From the NCBI GenBank assembly GCA_016839365.1, contig JAEOUH010000044.1, positions 1 through 64,000 on the forward strand: a DNA stretch of 64,000 bases, given 5' to 3'. Positions 58,054 through 64,000 of the stretch are shown here, in pieces. Within the stretch, counting starts at the first letter, position 1. Every line of letters begins with the position of its first letter. The notes beneath the pieces were generated by a model. That model saw only the letters and a list, made by a program, of their open reading frames with translations. It did not search any database and was not told the DNA's origin. The stretch is from Candidatus Hermodarchaeota archaeon (GTDB lineage Archaea; Asgardarchaeota; Hermodarchaeia; Hermodarchaeales; Hermodarchaeaceae). Made by a program: the position numbers and the translations under genes.

Positions 58054-58719
58054 TTGGCATCGAAGGTTAGAGTGGATGGAGCTGTTCGGACAGAGTCGAA
58101 GGCAACAACCAGTTTTTTGAAACAGGCATACCACCTGTATACTTCAAAACAGGTCCACCAAAATCTAATCCTGCCTTCACTGCGTATCCTCGCAAATCAC
58201 CTTGGAACCCAGGAGATTGGGCGTGAACCTGAAGCACTCTTTGCAGCCGCTATCTATATTGCCTTTCGCCATCCTAATACCTACCCGAATCTCGTTCCTC
58301 GCAGCTATTTCTCAGCAGAAGCATCCCAAACTGCGAAGCGCCGACCAGCAGAGCCCCTATTTCACCAATCATTTGATGTTAAGGATACGAGCATAGATTG
58401 GTATGCAAAGCGAATCGTAGAAAAATTAGATATCATTGTCTTATACGATGAACGAGGACTTCCCTATTATCTTGAACGAGCAGGACCAATCTTTCGGCTA
58501 ATTGACGCTTTAGCTGAAGAGGCAGCAGTTGATGCTGTCTTAACTTCGAAAATTAGTGGTCGCCCTCTTCTTTTAGAACCTATTGTAAGGGTACTTCTGA
58601 ATCGCATATTCAATGTACTACAGATTCTTCCAAAGGTGTTTTACAACTCCTTATACGAGAATCTGTTACCCCATGTTGAGGCTTCAGTTGAAAGTTCTAG
58701 AGCCGAAATGGGAGATTAA
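58054..58719 (+). CDS. Hypothetical protein with a TFB/cyclin-box-like domain
   Basis: GREPEALFAAAIYIA and V...SI...KRIVEKLD resemble the TFB C-terminal repeat. Confidence 0.55.
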   Translation: MASKVRVDGAVRTESKATTSFLKQAYHLYTSKQVHQNLILPSLRILANHLGTQEIGREPEALFAAAIYIAFRHPNTYPNLVPRSYFSAEASQTAKRRPAEPLFHQSFDVKDTSIDWYAKRIVEKLDIIVLYDERGLPYYLERAGPIFRLIDALAEEAAVDAVLTSKISGRPLLLEPIVRVLLNRIFNVLQILPKVFYNSLYENLLPHVEASVESSRAEMGD

Positions 58720-59015
58720 CCGCCATTTTCCATATGGGTTTTGACTTCTTCCACAACAGTACGTCCTGCAACTACTTGATCAATCGAATGAACCGAGGCA
58801 CCACAGGCCTCGAGAGCAGCTTTAACCTCTTCAAATCCGAGGTTCTCACCTTCAACAGTAACTTTAATTGACTCAGTATGAGAGTCAACTTCGACAAGGG
58901 CAACGTTGACACCAACGACGCCATTAACTTTACCAACCAATGTTGCTATGTCCACGAGATTAGGGACATGCGGTTTGAGAACATCTAGAACGAGTCGTTT
59001 GATACCCGAAGGCAT
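58716..59015 (-). CDS. DUF211 family protein
   Basis: RLVLDVLKPH, GVN, EVD..TE, GASVHSIDQV. Confidence 0.9.
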   Translation of the reverse strand: MPSGIKRLVLDVLKPHVPNLVDIATLVGKVNGVVGVNVALVEVDSHTESIKVTVEGENLGFEEVKAALEACGASVHSIDQVVAGRTVVEEVKTHMENGG

Positions 59016-59164
59016 CTTTGGAATACACTCCCAGCAATCTTCATCATAAATTGCTTAGATGTGTAAGGTTTGTGAAAGTTCTTGAAGTTTTCTATTCAAC
59101 AAAAGTACAACTAATACTAACGCATTTCGAACGCGGTGATTTTGATGTACGCGGAAATGCATTC

Positions 59165-60349
59165 TTATTCGGTGTGAACGCGGAAGAGGTCTATATCGCC
59201 TTGCATTTGCGTTAGAAATTCCCGGGTTGAGCGCTCAACATCTCGTGATTGGGTGATATAGCGTCCAACGACAATAATGTCAGCTTTCGCTTTGAGAGCT
59301 GCGTCGATGTTATTAGGTTGAATACCACCTGCCACTGAGACAAGGAGTCGTTTTCCTTTGAAAGCTGCTTTAACTTCCTTTACTACATCCCACTTATGGT
59401 CGGCTCGACCTTCGGTGTCGATTCCCCGATGCATTATGACGACGTTGGGTGGCATTTTCAGGCTCTGTAACTTAGTGATAGGATCTTCAACGTTCATCAT
59501 GTCAACAAAGGAGTAAATTCCTAAACGATTGGTTTCATAGATGAACTGATCTATGGTGTCAATTGATGCTAAACCTGCAACGACTACGGCATCTGCTGAT
59601 TCATCGAATGCTAAGTCAACTTCAACCTTGCCTACGTCAAGTGTTTTTAGGTCAGCAACCAAGAATTTGTCTTTGGCTACTTCACGGATATCACTGAGCA
59701 CTGATGTACCGTACCGCTTAATGAGAGGCGTGCCTGCTTCGAGGATAATATTATCACTTCGTGGTAAGGCGGCAATAATCTTCTTAGTCGCCTCTATACT
59801 TGGCAGATCTAGCGCGATTTGAAGATAGGGTGGTCGCCATAACCGTGGTACCCGAAAACCCATGATTGGATGGGTTGCTCGATCCTTGTCAAACATGATT
59901 TTGTCCACAGGCGGATAATTGGATAGGGCACGCTGAATTGACAGTTTTGTTGCTGCATAATTGTAATGATAAATCCGTCGATAGTCCTTTGCGTCAGGAT
60001 GAATGAAAACACTACAAATAATCACCCACTCATCCTCTTTTCCTTTGGGAATCATACCCTCTTCTAAGGCGTCGGCAACGGCTTTGGCCACAGCAGCTTG
60101 GGCGGGACCAAAGATCTTCTCTGCATCACCCATATCTTTCACTGTCACTTTAGGGATGATGAGTGTGTGAGGTTTGGGTGGTAGGTTTGGTCTGATAACT
60201 GCTAAGAGCGGAGAATGGCCATGTGAGACATTTGTCATTCCATGAGCGAAAGCCGTACCAACGGGACCCGACTTTTCTCCGATAATTAGGTCGATATGGG
60301 CAATTTCGTTTCCTTTTCCAACGAGCGCTTCACCAACAAGATATACCAT
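59165..60349 (-). CDS. fae-hps: Bifunctional formaldehyde-activating enzyme / 3-hexulose-6-phosphate synthase
   Basis: GEAL.G.GNE.AHIDL, FGPAQAAVAKAVAD; then LQIALD, EAGTPLIK, DLKTLD, HRGID, VAGG. Confidence 0.95.
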   Translation of the reverse strand: MVYLVGEALVGKGNEIAHIDLIIGEKSGPVGTAFAHGMTNVSHGHSPLLAVIRPNLPPKPHTLIIPKVTVKDMGDAEKIFGPAQAAVAKAVADALEEGMIPKGKEDEWVIICSVFIHPDAKDYRRIYHYNYAATKLSIQRALSNYPPVDKIMFDKDRATHPIMGFRVPRLWRPPYLQIALDLPSIEATKKIIAALPRSDNIILEAGTPLIKRYGTSVLSDIREVAKDKFLVADLKTLDVGKVEVDLAFDESADAVVVAGLASIDTIDQFIYETNRLGIYSFVDMMNVEDPITKLQSLKMPPNVVIMHRGIDTEGRADHKWDVVKEVKAAFKGKRLLVSVAGGIQPNNIDAALKAKADIIVVGRYITQSRDVERSTREFLTQMQGDIDLFRVHTE

Positions 60350-60456
60350 TAGATGTTGTCCCCAGTATTGTTTTCAGAGTTCATAACTCCAACATCCGTT
60401 ATAATAACGTTTTGTGACAATACCGACGGTGAAGTGTAGGAGAAATAATCACACGG

Positions 60457-60630
60457 CTACCAAGAAATTTCTCGTTGGAAGAGAAGGTAGTGATTAATCC
60501 AGTTTGGATCACCTGTAGCTTGATAGGTATGGAGCCGCCACCCATCTTTTTGGTATTCAGCAATTGTCCTTGCGATATTTTTGTGATGGTTAACTTGCAC
60601 ACACACATACTCGAAGTCGAAATCTTTCAT
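60457..60630 (-). CDS. Small DUF4177-like protein
   Basis: 57 aa from ATG 60630: FEYVCV...IAEYQKDGWRL...LLFQR. Confidence 0.65.
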   Translation of the reverse strand: MKDFDFEYVCVQVNHHKNIARTIAEYQKDGWRLHTYQATGDPNWINHYLLFQREISW

Positions 60631-60708
60631 ATGGATTACACCTATGAAGTTCTCAGAAAAATGGGAAATAAAAGGATTAGCTGTGGGCACTTGCCCTGGT
60701 TTGTCGTT

Positions 60709-60736
60709 ATTTTGGTTAAAAAAAATTGACCAAAAT
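60709..60736. promoter_or_regulatory. 11-bp inverted repeat, candidate operator
   Basis: ATTTTGGTTAA-AAAAAA-TTGACCAAAAT (one mismatch) between divergent genes, adjacent to TATA-like CTTAATA. Confidence 0.5.
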
Positions 60737-60822
60737 CTTAATACGAAGCGATTGCCTGCTATCTTCCACTCGAAACCCAATGAATTTGGAGGTGTTATGC
60801 ATGACAACTGACCAAGACGGGG

Positions 60823-61194
60823 TTGGCTGCGAAATCCTCCATGAAAGGCAACTTTGAATTAGGTTCAACCTGGTACTTCGAGGGGCTGTTTCTACAACTG
60901 GCTAGCACACTCACTCAGATAGCTAAGACACGGTTAACAGAGAAACAACGATTTCTATTATTTGCGACGCAACGGGCATTACGTTTCCATCCAAGTCTTT
61001 CTCCTACAGCCCTTGCAGATTTCTTAGCTAAGAAATTCAGGTTTCCATTGAGTACAACAAAGTTCAATTTGAACGTTCTCAGAAATGCTGGATTATTAGA
61101 GATAAAATCGTCGAATAGCCGAAGAACCAGTGTTTGTCTTTCATATAGCGGTCAGCTACTCACGCAGCTTCTCCCGGAACCAGATTTCAAGTAA
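60823..61194 (+). CDS. Winged-helix (ArsR/MarR-like) protein
   Basis: RLTEKQR.LL, PLSTTKFNLNVLRNAGLL, LSYSG. Confidence 0.7.
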   Translation: MAAKSSMKGNFELGSTWYFEGLFLQLASTLTQIAKTRLTEKQRFLLFATQRALRFHPSLSPTALADFLAKKFRFPLSTTKFNLNVLRNAGLLEIKSSNSRRTSVCLSYSGQLLTQLLPEPDFK

Positions 61195-61214
61195 ACAGTA
61201 CTCAGGAAGTATAT

Positions 61215-61250
61215 CATGAGGGGGGTGACCTCCTCATGGGCTTCTTTTTT
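61215..61250 (+). terminator. GNRA-capped hairpin plus U-tract between convergent genes
   Basis: CATGAGGGGG-GTGA-CCTCCTCATG followed by GGCTTCTTTTTT. Confidence 0.6.
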
Positions 61251-62253
61251 ACAACTTTGAAGCTACCAGTTGCGTTAGCTCCACCAAGCGTGTACTGAAC
61301 CCAGCCTCATTGTCGTACCAAGAAACAACATGAGCGTAGTTATCTTCGAGAATCTCCGTGAGCTGGCTATCAAAAATGGAAGAGTGAGGATTACCAATAA
61401 TATCGGTTGATACGATAGGATCTTCGATATATTGCAAAATGCCCTTAAGTTCAGTTTGAGCTGCTTTGCGGAAGGTTTGGTTGAGTCCTTCTTTTGTTGT
61501 GTTTTTCTCTAGTTCGACGCTTAGATCAATTATCGATCCATCGGGAACTGGGACACGATAGGCCATAGCTGCGATTTTGCCTTCGAGCTGCGGGAAGAGC
61601 CGAATAATGGCCTTAGCAGCACCTGTGGTTGTAGGTATGATGTTAATGGGTGCGGCACGAGCGCGTCGATAATCCGTGTGGACGGCATCGAGCATACGTT
61701 GGTCGAGTGTGTAGCCATGTATGGTGGACATGAATCCACGTTTGATGCCATAGGTTTCCATGAGTATTTTGATAACCGGAGCAAAGCAGTTAGTGGTACA
61801 TGAAGCATTAGAGATGATGTGATGGTTGTCAGGATCGTAGGTATGGTCGTTGACGCCAAGAACAAACATGGCATCTTCACCTTTTCCAGGTGCGGAAATG
61901 ATAACCTTCTGTGCACCTGCTTTTTGATGGAGCGCTGCTTTATCGCGGTCTCGAAAAACCCCTGTAGCTTCGATTGCAATATCTACCTCTAGCTGTTTCC
62001 AAGGAAGGCTAGCAGGGTCGCGTTCCTGAAATAGTTTGATAGGATGCTTGTCGATGAGGATTTCTTCCTTTCCGGCTTTGATGATTCCAGGATATTGTCC
62101 GTAAATTGAATCATAACGCAGCAGGTGGGCGAGGATGTTAGCATCTCCTAGGTCATTTGCTGCAACAATTTCGAAATCTTTGACTTTCATCGCACCACGG
62201 AGAAAATTCCGTCCAATTCTTCCAAGTCCGTTGATGGCAACTTTTACAGCCAT
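61249..62253 (-). CDS. gap: Class I (bacterial/eukaryotic-type) glyceraldehyde-3-phosphate dehydrogenase
   Basis: VAINGLGRIGR, SNASCTTNC, IIPTTTGAAKA, RVP, SWYDNE; ATG at 62253. Confidence 0.95.
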   Translation of the reverse strand: MAVKVAINGLGRIGRNFLRGAMKVKDFEIVAANDLGDANILAHLLRYDSIYGQYPGIIKAGKEEILIDKHPIKLFQERDPASLPWKQLEVDIAIEATGVFRDRDKAALHQKAGAQKVIISAPGKGEDAMFVLGVNDHTYDPDNHHIISNASCTTNCFAPVIKILMETYGIKRGFMSTIHGYTLDQRMLDAVHTDYRRARAAPINIIPTTTGAAKAIIRLFPQLEGKIAAMAYRVPVPDGSIIDLSVELEKNTTKEGLNQTFRKAAQTELKGILQYIEDPIVSTDIIGNPHSSIFDSQLTEILEDNYAHVVSWYDNEAGFSTRLVELTQLVASKL

Positions 62254-62361
62254 AAGGCATTCCTCCACGAAAGTGACGAATCGACGCCTTATGGCTATAA
62301 GTTTTTCCGCAATTATCAGAGTATACCAATGACGTTTAGGCTGGTATAACAGAAACAACTG

Positions 62362-62841
62362 TCAAGGTTCGTTGGTGAGTTGTTCTGTGATACTCTCTGG
62401 AAGAGGTTCACGGGCAAGGAGATAGATGACCGAAAGCAGAAACAAATCGAAATCTGAAAGGTCGTCAATATTAGCCCAAGGTGTTGATTCGAGCGTTACA
62501 CACAAAACGAGGGGCTCTCGACCTTCGTTCAAAGCGTATATATGTCCCATTTTTATATCGACTTCAAATGTCGCCTCATCCCGTTGGATGACAATCCGGT
62601 TAGCGCGTATTGCAAAGCCCTCAGATTGAAGGATTTGTTTCAATCTTTCAAGGTTACGTGTTTGTGTTGGTTTTGGTTTACCTGTCACTTGGAGATTGCG
62701 TTGTTGACGGAGATTGTGCATCCACTGCTCGTTTTGTTTTTCGTCTTGAATTTCCGAGTCCGAAGAGGATTTCTTTGAACGTGAAGATGGATCGATGGAA
62801 ATACACACCCCAAGTGGAGCTAGAATGGTTGACTTACACAC
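62362..62841 (-). CDS. Hypothetical protein
   Basis: Co-oriented between profilin and gap; start uncertain. Confidence 0.55.
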   Translation of the reverse strand: MCKSTILAPLGVCISIDPSSRSKKSSSDSEIQDEKQNEQWMHNLRQQRNLQVTGKPKPTQTRNLERLKQILQSEGFAIRANRIVIQRDEATFEVDIKMGHIYALNEGREPLVLCVTLESTPWANIDDLSDFDLFLLSVIYLLAREPLPESITEQLTNEP

Positions 62842-62874
62842 TCAATGAGTGAACAAGCGAGAAAGTGGAGATGA

Positions 62875-63246
62875 CTACATGAATCCTCCAATGTTTGCTG
62901 ACGCTTTAGCAATTTCAACGTAGGCGCCCTGCACATCCCCCTGAGGAGATACATAAGCTATGACATAGCCCTTGTCCCGCGCGGCAGTGATTACAATCGA
63001 CCCTTGCCCACGAACATTTGTGGCAACCAGGTGATGGTCTGTTGCTTGGATTGTGCTATACTTCACACCCTGGATTGTAATACTAGGTGGTTTACTTTGG
63101 ACTGCTGAAAGAATTTCTGCGCCTGTGATTGTCCAGTTTGGAGTCGTGAATAGAACAGTTCCGTCCTTTCTGATGACTGAGACAGCCATGATTGTATTGT
63201 CGACTTGTTGCATGTAGTTGACCCATGCTTGTATATTTTCAGACAT
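62875..63246 (-). CDS. Profilin (Asgard eukaryotic signature protein)
   Basis: 123 aa from ATG 63246: T.NW, SITIQGVKYSTIQ, LVATNV.GQG. Confidence 0.85.
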   Translation of the reverse strand: MSENIQAWVNYMQQVDNTIMAVSVIRKDGTVLFTTPNWTITGAEILSAVQSKPPSITIQGVKYSTIQATDHHLVATNVRGQGSIVITAARDKGYVIAYVSPQGDVQGAYVEIAKASANIGGFM

Positions 63247-63328
63247 TTTTGTGCCTACACCTCTCACTGCCAGATTGTATTTGGAATAATGATACATTTT
63301 TGAAATCGGTACTAAAAGGTTCTGTTGG

Positions 63329-63634
63329 ATGTCAATGATTGAGTTGCATAATAAGGGAACCTTACTGAGAATACAAGTCAAACCTCGATCGAAAAAAGAA
63401 GTAATCACAATCACTGAAAACGAGCTTTGTGAAGTTTATGTCAAAGCGCCGCCAACACGGGGTCAAGCTAACTTAGCCGTTGTCAAACTTATCGCGAAGA
63501 AGTTAGGCATCCAAGCTAATCGCGTTCGAATAATTTCTGGGGAAAAGACTCCAAACAAAGTACTGCTTATTGAAAACATGACTCCAGATTTATTCACTAA
63601 GGCATTGCGAAAGGTTGAAGTTCCTTTTAAATAG
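63329..63634 (+). CDS. DUF167/YggU family protein
   Basis: VKPRSK, VKAPP..GQAN, ISGEK...K. Confidence 0.9.
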   Translation: MSMIELHNKGTLLRIQVKPRSKKEVITITENELCEVYVKAPPTRGQANLAVVKLIAKKLGIQANRVRIISGEKTPNKVLLIENMTPDLFTKALRKVEVPFK

Positions 63635-63656
63635 AAGATAAAAGGGAGGGGGATTC

Positions 63657-64000
63657 ATGTCTACACTATTCCGGTTGCTTAGAATAATATCTGTGATTAC
63701 AGTTACAATCTTAATCGTAATCCCATTAAATCCAATGCAAGTATCTGCTGCACTTGTGTGGAATGAAGACTTCACGGTTACTACTGTTGAAGAGTTGGAC
63801 GATTGGGTCCTTCAAGGATATGAGCTGATTGATTCTACGTTCTACCAAGTTGATCATGGTTTCACCATTGTGAATGGAGAGTTGACTGCAGAGGACGTGT
63901 ATGTTCCATGGTCAATCTACATGTCCCAAGTGCGAAGAGCGATTCATAATAGTACCGTGGCATATGGTACTTGGAGTTTTGATTGGCGTGTTAGTGGAAG
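63657..64000 (+). CDS. Secreted/surface protein (5' partial)
   Basis: Hand translation: signal peptide MSTLFRLLRIISVITVTILIVIP..VSA, then LVWNEDF...DDW...STVAYGTWSFD; frame is open to the window end. Confidence 0.65.
   Translation, partial: MSTLFRLLRIISVITVTILIVIPLNPMQVSAALVWNEDFTVTTVEELDDWVLQGYELIDSTFYQVDHGFTIVNGELTAEDVYVPWSIYMSQVRRAIHNSTVAYGTWSFDWRVSG

Noticed and set aside
1-64000. Genome-wide TAG reassignment
   Set aside because: Many genes end in TAG at their conserved C-termini (hypE PRVC, uppS RRFGN, elp3, rps30e); only ileS shows an internal TAG.
1-64000. CRISPR arrays, rRNA, IS elements, provirus at the tRNA
   Set aside because: No periodic repeats, rRNA-like sequence, transposase or integrase ORFs, or duplicated tRNA 3' end were seen.

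Overview
Gene-dense archaeal core-chromosome segment, most likely from an Asgard archaeon. This is inferred from profilin, a Rab-like GTPase, a longin-domain protein, four roadblock/LC7 proteins with an MglA-type GTPase, an EMC6-like protein, S30e and Gins23. It encodes replication (cdc6-gins23-mcm, MCM intein-split and truncated by the window edge), condensin (smc-scpA-scpB), repair (nurA-herA, nucS), ribosome biogenesis and RNA modification (nop5, fibrillarin, gar1, trm1, rlmE, elp3, rio2, cca), transcription (tfb, C34/TFE-beta), translation (ileS, S8e, S30e, SRP19, Rqc2) and metabolism (glmS, uppS, iorAB, ACD-beta, fae-hps, class I GAPDH, hypA/hypE). No CRISPR array, rRNA or transposase was seen. 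The most striking locus concerns isoleucine decoding. A tRNA-Ile with the rare UAU anticodon, split by two BHB introns (29/30 and 37/38) around an 8-nt exon, lies 47 bp downstream of ileS, and the conserved N-terminus of ileS is interrupted by an in-frame TAG at codon 24. Other highlights are a DYNLRB-like/MglAB roadblock-GTPase cluster, a TFB with no canonical start codon, an orphan TFB-cyclin-fold protein, a probable NYN pseudonuclease and a profilin with eukaryote-like aromatic residues. Several genes missing from the ORF track (mcm, rps30e, gar1, a secreted protein) were read by hand. All family calls come from recognised motifs, not database searches.
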